Below are positions 37,943 to 50,959 of a DNA stretch of 57,669 nt, piece by piece. The translations under genes and the position numbers were made by a program. Position 1 is the first letter of the stretch, and each line of letters starts with the position of its first letter. This DNA is from Lama guanicoe (taxonomy: Eukaryota), in NCBI GenBank assembly GCA_013239625.1, contig MU056000.1, forward strand, positions 14,533,787 to 14,591,455, written 5' to 3'. Below the pieces are notes generated by a model. It did no database searches, was not told where the DNA came from, and saw only the letters and a program-made list of their open reading frames with translations.

Positions 37943-40202
37943 AATCAAGTACCCTTCACAGAAGATCAGAAATTGGTGAGAAGGGTATTTAAGACTAAAA
38001 CAAGGTGAAGAAGTTAGACCTCAAATTCCCACCAACTCCACTACTCTTCCCTTCTATTTCTGCAAGAGGAAGAAGTTATCAGGAAGATAAAGAAGTTAAA
38101 TGAGAGAAACTCTGGACTTGGAAACACCAAACACAGATAAAGGGAGCAGTGATAATCCACATGAAAGACAGAGAGATTGAATGGAAAGCTACATAATGAA
38201 TAATGGAACTTCCAGCCTCTTTCTCCAACTTGGCTCTGGGAGTATTATAAGGCTTCTACCCACTAAGTGGGCCAATGGATGATCCTTTAGTATAGAAGCT
38301 AAAACACCTGAGAAGAAAAGTCACAGATGCTGATATTGGGCAGTTTCCAACAGAAAACCTAGCTTGCCATCTGGTCACCCGACAAGACATCCCACCAATT
38401 TACTACCCTTCCTTACACCGAATAATACCCATATCCATCCATGTGCATGATCACACATATATACAACATCAAAACTGGTAATAAGAATTTTAAGAAGTCT
38501 TTATTAAATTGAAATAGGTGGTCAAATATCACCAGGTATTTCTGGAATATCATGAAAGACAATAACCAAAATAAACAAGCAAAATGTAATGCAGAAAAAA
38601 TAGCAACAATGTTGAGAATATAAGAATTAAAGAAAATATAAATACCACACTCAAAGGGATGTGCAAAGACATCACATTCATAAAATAAAAACAGTAAGAT
38701 GTGGAAAATACAGGACCAAAAATTGTTTTAAAATTTAAAAATAATAACAAATACAAAAATCTGTAAACGAATTGGGAGATGACATTAAGTTCTTCAGAAA
38801 CTAGAACAAAATATGACAATTACAATAGGCAAGAGATTTTGAAAATCAACCCAGGAGGACTGCAAAAAAGTCCCACTAATAATTGTAGTAAGAGAAAAGA
38901 GATGAAATATTACTTTAAAAGAATGTGTTTTTTAGAACTGAAGATAAATGTACTCTGCCAAGTCTCAGGACCCTTAAATTTCAGAACTGTATTGATAAAA
39001 AAAAAATAAGATTCTGAGAGGCAGTTCGGAGAAAAAGATGTTAGTTCTTATCCAGAAAATCCAGAATAGGGAATCATATACTTTTACATCAGTCACTATG
39101 ATACAGATGTGAGAGAAAGAACAAAGACATTTCAGAGCCACAGGGTTTCAAATGATCTCTTTGTCCCTTTTCTAAGGAAAATATTTTAAGTTTTGCTCCA
39201 TCAAAATGAGGAAGTATATCAAGATGGAGGGAAACATGAGTTCCAGGCACTAAAGAAGACATTAAGGAAGAAACAGAGGGAATTTTCAGCAAATCATGGT
39301 CCCAGAGCTACACCAGGTAGTGGGCAGATTCATCAGTCCATCCTGGACGAAGCAGCAGCTAGAAGAGCACCAGAAAGGATGCTATGTGACACACAAACTT
39401 GAGAACTGGGCCATCCAGATCATCTGATAAGTTTCACTATCTAGAAAATTCTATTGGCATGTCCCTTAGTGACTGGAGAGTAAGAAAGACTTAGCCTTAC
39501 ACTTAAAAAAAAAAAAAAGTCAATTAAAGACACAATATAAGGCAAACATTAACTCCAGAAAATCGGAATTAAAAAATCTTTGGACAACAATGATAAAGAA
39601 TACTGTAATCTCAATAGTGGGAAATGTTTCTATAGTCATGTAAAGTAAAAACTTGAATACTGACACATTTAATACAAGACGTTGGTAAGTAAAACTGAGA
39701 AGTCAGTAGATAGAACTGATAAATCAGTATATAGAATAGTTAAAAGAATTTGAAAAGAGTTGCTTTTGGTGTACAGCAATCCAGAGATAGAGTGTAAAAC
39801 TGACTTTTGCTATTATTTAATTCTTAACTCAGCTGATGCATGTTACATGATATATTACTATTGTAAATTGATAATAAGGATAATTGATGCAGTCCCTCAT
39901 ATTTAGCTAGAAATTTAGCTATAACTACAGATACTTTGAATTCTGCTGTTTTATACTTTAGAGAACTAATTGGTTTATTTTTACATTTGTTTTTAAATAG
40001 TTTGATAAAACAGATGGTTTTAGGCTGCTATTTACAAGCATGATCTTCTAAATAACACCTTTTTGTTGTGGATAGACTTTATGTCAAATAGATGAAAACC
40101 CAACTTGAATACAATTATAATTATAATACTTATCTTTGTATTGATTTTTGAAAGATACCCATGAGCTACACAATAATTTTAATCAAATGTTAAACAATAC
40201 AT

Positions 40203-40455
40203 TATGGTAGTGATGAGCTTAGTTTGCTCTGGACTCAGACTACGCTGATTCAACGTCCAGCTCCTTCACTTCCTGTGTGACCTTGGCCAAGTTTACATGG
40301 CCTCTTTGTGCCTCAATTCTCTCATATTTAATAACACAAAATTAATAGACCAGAGTCATAATTTTGTGGGAATTAAATTAGATAACTCGCAGTAGTAATA
40401 AGTTACAACTGCACTTGGCAGTAGGAACAGCTTTATAATTATTAGTCATGTTATC
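40203..40455 (+). mobile_element. Near full-length MIR SINE
   Basis: gctctggactcagact...ccagctcc..cactt..ctgtgtgaccttggccaagtt...cctctttgtgcctcaattctctcat...tgtgggaattaaattagataa. Confidence 0.85.
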
Positions 40456-42544
40456 ATTTTCAGGACACGGTATTTTACAAGTCTGATGAAGAACAACTTA
40501 AGGAAATTTCAGAAATCATTAGATGTTTTATCCTTTTCACCTTCTTTCTCTATTTTGTCATCCCCTCTTTTTATTCCATTTCTTAACTCATTTATAAGTA
40601 TGTGTTCATATTATTTTGTTAACAGAATGAAGCAGTTTTAAAGAGAAACAAGAGTTTTCTTGAGCTTTCAATCTTTTAATCAATTGTATCTTAATGTACT
40701 AATGATTCACACACACACACAAACTCACGCATATACACTATATTATAAATAAGACTCATAGAAACTGAAAACCATAAATGACAAAATCATCTCAATTGTA
40801 GGACATGCTGAAGGACTAATTAAGCCAATCAACTGAGTCCTAAGCACATTTCCAGAGATTCTACCAACTGTTCATACTTACTCTCTAACTCCTGGTAGTA
40901 TCTCCATCACTTCTCCATCAATTTTTAAGGCAATATATAGAATTTTAATTGCAACATTTTCAAATAAAGCGAAATAAATACCAATATGACTTTTAATATT
41001 CTGGATCCCCCACCTCAAATAAAGAGATATGCTGAAAACACTTTTTCAGAGTTTTTAAGAGTGTAGGTTCTTATGAAAATTCTCCATAAGTCTGTGTTCT
41101 TATGGAGTTATTCAGTTCTTTTAAGTCTCTTCTTCCTGATCCAGACAATGCAGACGATCATCATAGTCTATCTCAACAGACTGGCAGAGTAATCAAATGA
41201 GATGGTGCTAGAAACGCTTCAAATAGTTCTTAGACAATACTAATTACTTACTAATTGGTTGAGTAAAGTAGAGGAACCACAAAAGTACTATAGTGAAAAT
41301 TCTGGGTAGGCTTTTAATTATGTTCATGTAATATTCAATTTTATATTCAGACGGTAAAAGAAGTTAAATGTTATCACAAATGTATTGGTACAATCACTAG
41401 AAATGATCTTGAATTTGTTCTATTTATACAGCATTCAGCAGGTTTACCTAAGGATTTTTGAATAATTACAGAGTAGGAAAAAAAGTGCCTTAGAAAGTAT
41501 CAAATTTCCCCATTTTACAAAGGAAAAAAATCTCTGCAGTCAGGACAAATCGAATAAACACAGTACACCATCTTGCAAGTCTATTTTACTTTAAGAAATA
41601 TTCAGGAAATAGAAATGTATTTTTATTAAAACATATATGATACATTATATTAAACGTATAATTCAAGAATATTTTTAAATATGAACAAGAATGTTAAGAC
41701 TTCCTGTCTTTACCGGAGTGTTACACACATTCACTCTGTGGTGACTGTCATTTGGTGACTGTTTTTTGAAAAGAACTGATAAGAGTAGTCAGTAAAATTG
41801 GCTACATGTTAGGAGTAGAATTACATCATTTAAATTTCCAATTCTGTCAATTTTCTCCACAGGAGCATTTGCACTTTATTCTTTCTACTGAGTTCCTATG
41901 CATAAGTGAGAATAATTTATGCTCTTTTCTTAGGTAAGCACATGCTGAGAACAGGACAAAACTTGAACATAGTCCTTCTGGGTTGCTACTGCAAATGCAG
42001 ATTATATTAAAAAAACAAACTGAGCTCAAGAACTGATTTTAAAAATTGAATCATTAAAATTAATCTATTGCACCAACTAAGGAACCATGGAGTTCGCACT
42101 TGGTGAAGGAGCCAAAGCATAAAAGCATGACACCTTTTCTTAGAGGATGGTTCAAATAAGTCTACAGTAGCCAATTCCTAGCAATATTTTCAAGTAAATC
42201 AAATGAAGAAAAATCATAATAGCATAATTTATTGTATACTTATATTCTGATGCATATTACCATCATAGCTTGTTTGAGCAAATTTATAAATATGGAGCTG
42301 ACAATATAATACAAGGCATACTGTGATAGGCACCTAAAATTACGTATAAATAATGCACAAAGGGATTCTTGAGAAACTAAATATTAATATTGACTAATGT
42401 GGTTGCAGCAGTATCCAGGGAAGAAATACAATTCAGATAAGGTTTGAAGTATTCATAAATTTCAGTATTGGAAGTAGGATGAGGAAAGATAAAGATGCAG
42501 AAATTAGTAAAATATAAGGCACATGCCAGAAGGAGTAAATAGTC

Positions 42545-43004
42545 TGCCAACTAAAGAATGCTGCCCGACACCTGGTTCTACAAGAATGAAGTCACGAGCC
42601 ACTGTAGCCACATTCTGGAAGGAGTCTGGGGCAGAGATGAGGAATGAGGCACTCTGTGCTTTGGGAAAACCTGGCAGAATAGGCCTTCAGATAGTCAGAC
42701 ATAATCAGGAGAAAATTTTATGAACCCAGTTTCTTGCCTGTTCTCATACCTAGAAAAGCATTAAAATCATTCATGGAGACATCTGTGCTTCATGACCAGC
42801 AGCAGCCTTCCACCGAGATGCATGCTTGATCGCACGCTCCTCCTTCACCAAGACCACTAATGTACTGACCTTCACCCCCACCTCTCTGGAGCAGTTCTTC
42901 AGAGCCATCTGAGAGGCTCTCTCCCCGGCTATCGTCCTCAGTAAGCCCTCAATAAAACTGAACTCATGGCTCTCACTTTGTGCACTTTTTTTTTCCAGTT
43001 GACA
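42545..43004 (+). mobile_element. ERV1-class solo LTR (460 bp)
   Basis: Terminal inverted repeats tgccaact...agttgaca, a 4-bp TSD agtc/aatc (one mismatch), AATAAA at 42951-42956, and higher GC than the flanks. Confidence 0.85.
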
Positions 43005-45894
43005 AATCCTGTATTTTCTTGTATATCATATGCATTATAATGAAAAGTAGTTTATAGAGATGAAACTGACTGAAATATTTATGGCAGAATACAAATGGTT
43101 TTGAGTGAGTGATGCTATTTTTTGGTAATAAAACTAATAATTCCACATTTTAATTGTGATAGAAGAAATGTGCCTTGGGGAGAAAAATTGATACTTTTAG
43201 TATAAATGTTCCCTCATCATGGGGCTCAGCTTAGCCAGTCCTAGGAATTTACCAGCTGACTTTTTCCTGGTGTTAGCTTCTTTTTGAAGATGGAAAAATA
43301 GGGAGGAAAAGTAGAAAAAGAGGATCACAAAACATATGGCTATAAGGAGCCTGAGTTTTTTTTTTAATTTCTCTTTAATTAAAATAATGAAATAATTTTT
43401 TATTCATGAAATAATTCAGCAAGAAATTGTCTTTAAAAGTTAACATCATAGCATATCACTTGGCAAAACTATTCCTTAGTTGCATACATTTTCCTCTTCC
43501 ATTTCCTTTTGAATTTCTCAAATTGTGTAAGTTAAAGAAAAATGTACTAGAATCAAAACATCAAAAAATTGTTCAGTTTTGTTCAATATGATATAACCCT
43601 CATCTTTGAACATGTACATAACAATAGACACATACATTTCCAGAGGATGATTTTCAGAAAAATAAAAGTTTAAACCCTTTATGAGTATTAAACAGATGTT
43701 TTAGTATTCTTTATATTTTTCTTTGTTTTTAAAATTTCTCAAGAAGGTCCCATCTAACTGGAAAATCATGAAATTTGAACCATGTTCCACCACAAATGGC
43801 CAAATAGCACAATTTCTGTTAAAAGAGAAGTAGGCTTATTTTGTCTAATATTTTATAACGTAAAATCCTTACATGTTTGTTTTTGGCTATCTCCATTTGA
43901 AGAAAATAATCAACACACATAATTTCTTTTAAATTTGGAAGGATGAAGTTATCTCCCTTCCCTACCAAGTTCACCTAAACTATTTTTTTCATCATTAGGT
44001 TGCCAAATGATAATATGACTCAGTATGGTTTTAATTAGCAATTCCACAATTTAGACCTTTGTCAGTTAGCTCTTTTCCATTTCTCTCTTCTTGTTTCTTT
44101 TACTGTTGTTCCTCTCACTCTTACTGTCACTGCCCCATTATTTTTAGGAAGCATATGAATAATTTTTAAGAAACATTTAGTACAGGCTATACAAGGTCAT
44201 GACACAAATCTATTGACACTATTTAACCAATCCTACTGTTTCAGGAATAAAAATGTGTGTAAGCAGTAATACAATATTTAGTATTTCTTTTGAGTTGCAA
44301 ATTCATTCATTGAAAGTTGCCACTTTTCTAATTGGAAAACTATCAAATTGTTTTTTACCCAACATGCTGTAATACAGGACAGTTATAAGCATAATGGACC
44401 ATTGATAAAATATATTATTTGATTCTTCTTTTGCTGCTTTGCTTTTGCTTTTTTTTTTTTTCCTCAGATGTAGGGGTGGAAAAAAGAAAAGTAATAAGAA
44501 AGAATTTCCTTGAAAAGTGCAAGTATTAGTAATTTTCCCACTATCTAGATAGTAACAGACAATCCCTCAAAGGGAGTTACACTCATTTTTACTTAGTGGA
44601 GATAGAATCTTCTATCATTTCCCAAGGGAGAAGCTCATAAAATATTGATGTTCTGGAGGAGAGTGTAAAATAACACAAATGCCCTTCCATCGCTTCGCTG
44701 AGAGATCTGCTTCCTTTCTCTGAACGTGTTCTCATCCAGTCTCTCCGCAGGGACACTGGGATATTCTCCTTTGCAGTCTCCAACTCTCCCCAGTTTTCAT
44801 TCAAAATTCCTGGAACTGCCTGCCTCTCTGCAAGGTGGAAAAGCCACACTGCACTTCGCGCCCCTCGTCCACCCAGGGGGACACAACTTAAGGAGAAGGT
44901 GGATCAAATAAATGACCACGCTCTTAATAGTAACTTAAATTACTATTAAGAAAAGTAACTTAGTAACTTAAGTTACTATTAAGAAAAGAGGTGAACAGAG
45001 ACAGAGGAAGAGCAGCTTTCCCTCACTTTAGAGGTATGAGCCCGTTGCATACTGTATTTTTCGCAGGTTGTGACACAAGCACCTATTTCCTGAATCATTA
45101 ATTCGGTGGATTTAATTATTTAACCCAATAATGGAAATCATTGATGTAAATGACAAACTAATAATTATTGGCAGCCGGGTCTAAGCTGAATGACTTTGTT
45201 ACATTTTCCCTTTTTTCTCACTGATTTAAAAATGTCTTACAAATTTCCTAACGAGAAGTGGGAGACAGAAGGAAACCAATGTAGCTTCTGTGTGTTCCCA
45301 CCAGCATGATGTGCTGAAGAGACAGACTGAGCTACTTGTGACCATAATTTGCGTGGACACAAGGGGGCAGTTTTGCAGTAACTGGGGTATTTATCCAAAC
45401 TCAAATAAAGGAAATGACACTGTTAGTTAGCCCAAGGTGAGAGTGTCATTGTATAAAAAACGTTTTACTATAATTTTAAATGAAGGCTAACGTGTGAAGT
45501 GTTTATGCTAAGGCTAGTATCTATTTATTCAGCAAAGTCGTTTAGTAATAGAGCTCATTCCAAATGAACCCCTATTTTACAAATATTTTTGATACAGATG
45601 TTTCTTATAAAAAACTCAACAGTTGTGTTATTCCTCACACAATCTTCTTGAACATTTGATTACTTCAAATGCTTAGAACCCTTCTGTGGAGGGGACAAAA
45701 GTAACTGGGGAGATTAAAATGCTGAAGACTTTTTTAAAACATTTGTGCTTGTTTTAGTAAACAAAGGCTTCACAGAAGGCATGCAATAAGTCAGTTGTAA
45801 AATCAAAAGATCTGGTCTTTTAAAATTTAGAATTTGGCTGAAAACTGAACAAATATTAACTGTGCTCTATGAAGAAAAATAGTACTTAATTACT

Positions 45895-46054
45895 GCCACG
45901 TTATAGAAAATTCAGTTTATTGGGCACCTCTGTAGCGAATGTAGCATTAAACACTTTATACACGTAGTTTTTGTAGCGTGAGATATCAGTATTGCCATTT
46001 ACAGATGGGTAAACCGACATGCAGATGGCTTAGGTGGACAAGCCATGGTCATAC
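45895..46054 (-). mobile_element. MIR interrupted by an LTR (continues at about 46947-46980)
   Basis: tttattgggcacct...ccatttacagatgggtaaaccgacatgcagatggcttagg...ccatggtcatac is reverse MIR through its core. Confidence 0.7.
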
Positions 46055-46942
46055 TGAAAGGGAGGAGAACCCTGTGGGCACCCCCGCTCAACTTCTGCCT
46101 CTTGTTTATAGAAAAGCTGGTCTCCCAGGCTTCCCAGAGTCATTAAAAGTGCAGGCTCAAGCCATTAATGAGGACAAGCCTACAGGCCCTGGGGGGTGGG
46201 GATGACTCTGACCACCTATCTCAACAATTAACCAAGATTACTTCCCTAATTCCCTTTAGAAGTTTCAGGGCTGAAGAGAATCTTTGGAGATTTTTTTGGA
46301 GGGTGGATGCTGATCCTATCAGATTGCAGCCTTTCTGGTTAGAAGCTACAGTCCTTCTTGTTACCAAGCCTGTTGCCCCTAGGATCATACCCTTGCCTCT
46401 CCCTGGACTAGAAACCAATTGTTCTTATCTAAGTCTCAGGAGTCAGCTGCAAAAAAGAAACAAGAACCAGTTAGAACCCACGGAGTCCAAGATGGTGGAG
46501 GATTTGACTTCCAGTGGACCTTGAGCCTCATTAAGCACTCACAGTAATGTATCAGCATGCTAAATGACACACCCACCAGCACCACGACTGTTGATAATTG
46601 CCATGACAACAACTGCAAAAGCCCACAAGAGGACTGAAAAGCTCAGACAAGGAGTGATTGGATCCATCACACCTGGAAGGAAGACACGATGGCAGAAGCC
46701 TCCCCTGAAAGTCCACATGGCCTGACTTGGGCCGGAGCTGTCCCTACTCCCCATCCTGGCTGACGGCTCTCCGCTCCAGCACCTTTTCCTCACTCCAGCA
46801 CTTGCCATCTATTTCCCCTTCTGAGCAATAAAGCAGCTCTTCACTTCATCCCCCTACCTCTGCTGTGCAAACTCCTTCACAGCTGGCGGCAAGAACCCAC
46901 ACTTTGGTGGGCTTCCTGTAGGGGACCCTCCACCTGCTAACA
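46055..46942 (+). mobile_element. ERV1-class solo LTR (888 bp) containing a MER41-like block
   Basis: TG...CA termini (tgaaaggg...gctaaca), perfect 4-bp TSD atac (46051-46054 and 46943-46946), AATAAA at 46827-46832. Confidence 0.88.
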
Positions 46943-47724
46943 ATACAACTCTGGGGTCTTTGCTTCTAGATTCTGACCCACAGCTGCCATCTCCAGTTTC
47001 TAACTGGGAGGGCATCACACTAAGACTGTCAGGCTGAGGAAACTTTGCCAATGCATCTTGGCAAGTTTCAGCATTTACCAGTTCTCTGGCCTTGTGCAGC
47101 TGATTGCCATCAATACAGCTTGAGCTCTTCAGGTATAAATATATCTCCCTAGAACCCAGATTTAATTCCTATCACATACCTATGAAGAAGCAAGACACTA
47201 CTTAATTCTTAATATAATTGGAATTTTAAAAAAAACTTTGTTTTTTAATTATTCAGGGTATTAAAAACCAAAGCTACACAGATGGAGAGCCAGAAGTGAA
47301 CATAAAATTGACAAACAGAATCAACACTCAAAATATAAATGGAGACCCTCTAGGGATTAAACTCTGCTAAGGCAGTCACGTTAAGCAATTAATTTTTTTT
47401 CTTTCTTGGTTCCTAACTATTGTAATATATTTTTTTATTTGATAATAACAGTACTTTTATCTAAAATATAGTAAGTTTTTACATTTATAAACACTATGCA
47501 GAGGAACACTAAGTGTTATAAAACATGTTTTAATGATAAATTTCTGTATCTATTTCTACTGATATATTTCAAGTAATGAATGAAACCTGTTTTAAGGATT
47601 TCTATACATGCTAAGTACTTCTTCACTTCTATTTTATAGTGAAATCTACTTTCTAAGAATTCTTATTGAATAATGTTTAAAACCAGTTTGGTACAATATA
47701 GTGAAAAAGGGTGCCTACAGGACA

Positions 47725-47940
47725 GTAGCTCATATACCAGGTGCTAGAGACGTCCAAAATTTGTTTTATTTAATCCTAATACCAACCCTGTGGACTAATC
47801 ATATCTGTTCCATATTTTGGAAAAAAAAGGATGTTTCCAAAAGCTGACTAAATCTCTCTCAAACTTGTAACCATTAAGTGACAGAGGCTAACTGTAAACT
47901 AGATACACTGGCTCAAAAGTCTCTCTGTGACTCCACCCTC
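47725..47940 (-). mobile_element. MIR remnant
   Basis: tataccaggtgct...ttatttaatcctaataccaaccctgtg...taagtgacagaggc...ctggctcaaaagtc is reverse MIR. Confidence 0.6.
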
Positions 47941-48292
47941 TCTTGAAATACATTCTGATTTCATTGTACATGCATGATTGTTGGGGTGTCTACTGAATCA
48001 TATTGAAGAAAGAAACAGGTGGATGGTTATAGAGGTAATTAGCAAAGGTTTGAGTCCTTTAATTACTAACACTTAATTTTCCTAAACCATTAATTATTTC
48101 CCAGTGTTCAGTCTCATTCAGGGCCTAATACCAATTTGACATTGAGACTAAGAGATAATTTGGTCATCAGATAGGAAAGTTGGGGTAGTTGATGATGGAC
48201 TTGGGACCGAGACAGAGGAAAGGTTAGTTAGTACAGATTGGATTTAGGTTAAATTTATAATATTTGTTAAACTCCTGATGAGTGAATGCCAC

Positions 48293-48669
48293 TGTATTAG
48301 TTTGCTAGGGCCATCATCACAAATACCACAGATGGGGTGACTTCACAGAACTGTATTTTCTCACAGTCCTGGAGGCTGGAAGACAGAGGTCAAGGTGTCT
48401 GCAGGTTTCCCTGTAGGCCTCTCTCCTTGACTTGTAGACGGCCACCACCTCCTCTGTCTCTGCCTGGTATTTCCTCTGCATTGTCTGTGTCCTTATCTCC
48501 TCTTCTTTTGAGGACACCAGCCATACTGGATTAAAGCCCACCCCCAAAACCCTATTTCAACTTAATTACCTCTTAAAAGCCTAATTTCCAAATAGAGTCA
48601 AATTCTGAGGTATTGGGGGTTAGGTCTCCAACATATCAGTTTTCAGGGGACATATTTCAGCTCATAACT
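48293..48669 (-). mobile_element. MLT1B-like ERVL-MaLR LTR, full length
   Basis: tgtattagtttgctagggcc...aaataccacaga...ctcacagtcctggaggctggaag...gaggacaccagccatactggatta...ttcagctcataac. Degenerate 5-bp TSD gccac/gttac. Confidence 0.92.
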
Positions 48670-49118
48670 GTTACTATGCTAAGTTCCATGTTGAAAACAA
48701 AGATACTATAAAGAAAAATTTGCTTCCATGAAGTTCCTGGCAGGAGAATAACTGCCTTGAACAAGAATCTTCTTCTCTAGCCAGGTCATCCTATAAATGC
48801 CACAAAATTTTTCCTTCTTCAACAAAAACTAGTGGTGATGCTTCTTCACTTAAATGTCTTAAGTGTGCTTCTGTTAATCAGATACTGCATTCACACTCCT
48901 CAGCATAATCATTAAGGTCCGGACCCACTAGTCCACCTTCTCTCAGTACAGTAACATCTTCTCTTACAGCACCTTCGCAGTTCCTGAAACTTAATCAACA
49001 AGCACCTATTAATAGTCTAACATCTCTGACCATGTTCTCATTTCCCTCCCAGGCTCTGCTTTCTGCTTTCACTTGCGCACAATTTCTTCTGCCTTGGAAT
49101 GTCTCTTTCCTTTTCCCT

Positions 49119-49456
49119 TGTAGGACAGTCTGCTCAGCTGGTCTTCACAATTGTGAATCTTTCCCTTGAGACTCCATTTCCCAGATTTTCTTGCAATGCT
49201 ATGTAGACACATTCCTGATTCTAGTCAAGGAAATGAGACGCAACAGATACGGGCCATGTCTGAGTCAAGACTTTTTAAGAAGAGGGTTTGTGCTCTTGTT
49301 CCCCTCAAATTTAGACAGTATAGACCTGAGGGATGGGCCTGGGTCTCTGAACTGGCCAGGGAGAAGAGTTGCCTATTGACTTTGATAGCACACAACTATA
49401 GCTTGATTGAGAAAAACACTTCCACAGTGTTTGAGACATTATATGTGCATGTAGAT

Positions 49457-49495
<39 letters not shown>

Positions 49496-49551
49496 GGAAC
49501 ACATAGGTCCATATGATAGTTTATTCTAGCCCAGCCTACTCAAGAAATACA
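49119..49551 (+). mobile_element. Old MaLR LTR (MLT1H/I/J-like) inserted in L2 sequence
   Basis: actccatttcccagattttcttgcaa, ttctagtcaaggaaatgag, gcctgggtctctgaa and terminus tagcccagcctactcaagaaataca. Confidence 0.65.
49457..49495. repeat. (GATA)9 tetranucleotide STR
   Basis: Nine perfect GATA units plus GAT, read directly. Confidence 0.95.
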
Positions 49552-49649
49552 TCTAACTACTGAATTTTTATTTCAAAAGTCGGCTCAAACAGTATTTTAT
49601 GTAAAATTTTCCTCCAAGTTCCCTCCTTCTGGACCACACACCCTGCAGA

Positions 49650-50720
49650 TCTAGAAAGGAGCAGCAAATAGAAGACATTCTAAAGAAAGCATCATCAGGA
49701 CATAATGATGATTTAGATGGTCTGACAAGATGAAGAGTGGATAGCACAGGAATGGAAAAGAAGGTTGGAACATGTCTCTAAGTTTAAAGGGTAAAGGAGC
49801 TATTTGAGTGGCAGAGCTGATAACTTCAAGCTTTGACCTATTGAGTTTTAGATGGAACATGAAATTAGATCCATCTAACCACTATTTATAAATACAGAAA
49901 GGCGGAGATAAATTTATATTTACGATTGATCCTCTAAAAATTGTTTGGCAAGCCTGTCTGAGATGAAACATGGAAGGGAGAAATGTAGAGGAAAAGGCAA
50001 TAAGGCAGGGAACATGATCCTGGATATTTGAATTTTGGAAAGACCAATTTTGGGGTCCCAGGATAGTACTGTACTATTCAAACAGAATAAATAAAAAGAC
50101 AATTTAGAAGGAGTAATGTGAAAAGTTGAGAGAAACATTTAAAAAGATGTAAAATTTTATGAAAGATTAATTCAAATCATTGTGTTATACAATTATTAGT
50201 ATGAGAATGCAGGCTCTCTGAGAGTAGAAATATTTTTTTTTTCCAGCTTCCGTAGTCTCAGTACCTAGAATAGTGCCTGACACACAAGAAATGTTCAATA
50301 AACATGGTTAAACCAGTAGATGGAAATCTTTGGAAAGAACAGTCCTATTGAATTATCAAATTATTAAAGATAGATATGTACTCAACTATAGGGCTTTAGG
50401 AGAAAGACTTGAATATGTTTGTTAAGGTGGGAGTTTGAGCACCTGAGAAAAGTAAAGGTTTGAAAAAGAGGAGAACGTCATGAAAATAAATTCTCTGTCA
50501 GGGGCCTTGACAAACAATAAGTGAAATCAGACTGAATGGATTTCAATAGCAAATTGAATAAAATATCTTATGGTATCTGAGTATCTTGGCAATGAGGAGG
50601 GTGCACCTGGTGATAAAGCAAGCAGCTAGCAGGTTACCTGGAACACAGAGGAGATGTCATAGATGACTCCTGATTTATGCCATAAGTTAATCAATGGAGT
50701 GGTAGGAGAATTGTCAATAT
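49650..50720. mobile_element. L2 remnants (antisense body with a sense L2 3' end at about 50195-50310)
   Basis: tttgacctattgagttttagatg is reverse L2; tctcagtacctagaatagtgcctgacacacaagaaatgttcaataaac is an L2 terminus. Confidence 0.55.
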
Positions 50721-50959
50721 GTTTTATATTCAGTGACTTCAGTCTTTTCTAGTTACCAGGAATAAGCAAAGTACCTACTAACTCCTAATCAGACCCACTG
50801 GCTTGAGACTTTCAGTTAGAGAAGAGCTGTTTGAATAAGGACAATGTTCATGAAATAAATATATTAGGAAGGGTAGCGAGTGTGTCAGAGCAGCCTCAAG
50901 CATTCAGGAGAAGGAAGAGTAAAACTCCCTATAAAGCATCTAGGCACCCATTCCCTGCT

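Larger units (their letters stand above)
35930..39860 (+). mobile_element. HAL1 (half-L1, ORF1-only) remnant split by a younger L1
   Basis: A-rich ORF1-like middle, then HAL1-like 3' blocks (aaacatgagttccagg...agagggaatt...cagtccatcctggacgaagcagc; ttaactccagaaaa; aagagttgcttttgg...catgttacatgat). Identified from recalled consensus; the ends are approximate. Confidence 0.6.

Noticed and set aside
44856..44884. CTCF site in cgcgcccctcgtccacccagggggacac
   Set aside because: Neither strand fits the core spacing well.
44922..44988. CRISPR-like palindromic repeats
   Set aside because: Only two units with a 5-nt spacer, in mammalian DNA with no cas genes.
45978..47051. Cluster of overlapping ORFs suggesting a gene
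   Set aside because: They lie in or overlap a GC-richer solo LTR where stops are rarer; no gag, pol or env similarity seen.
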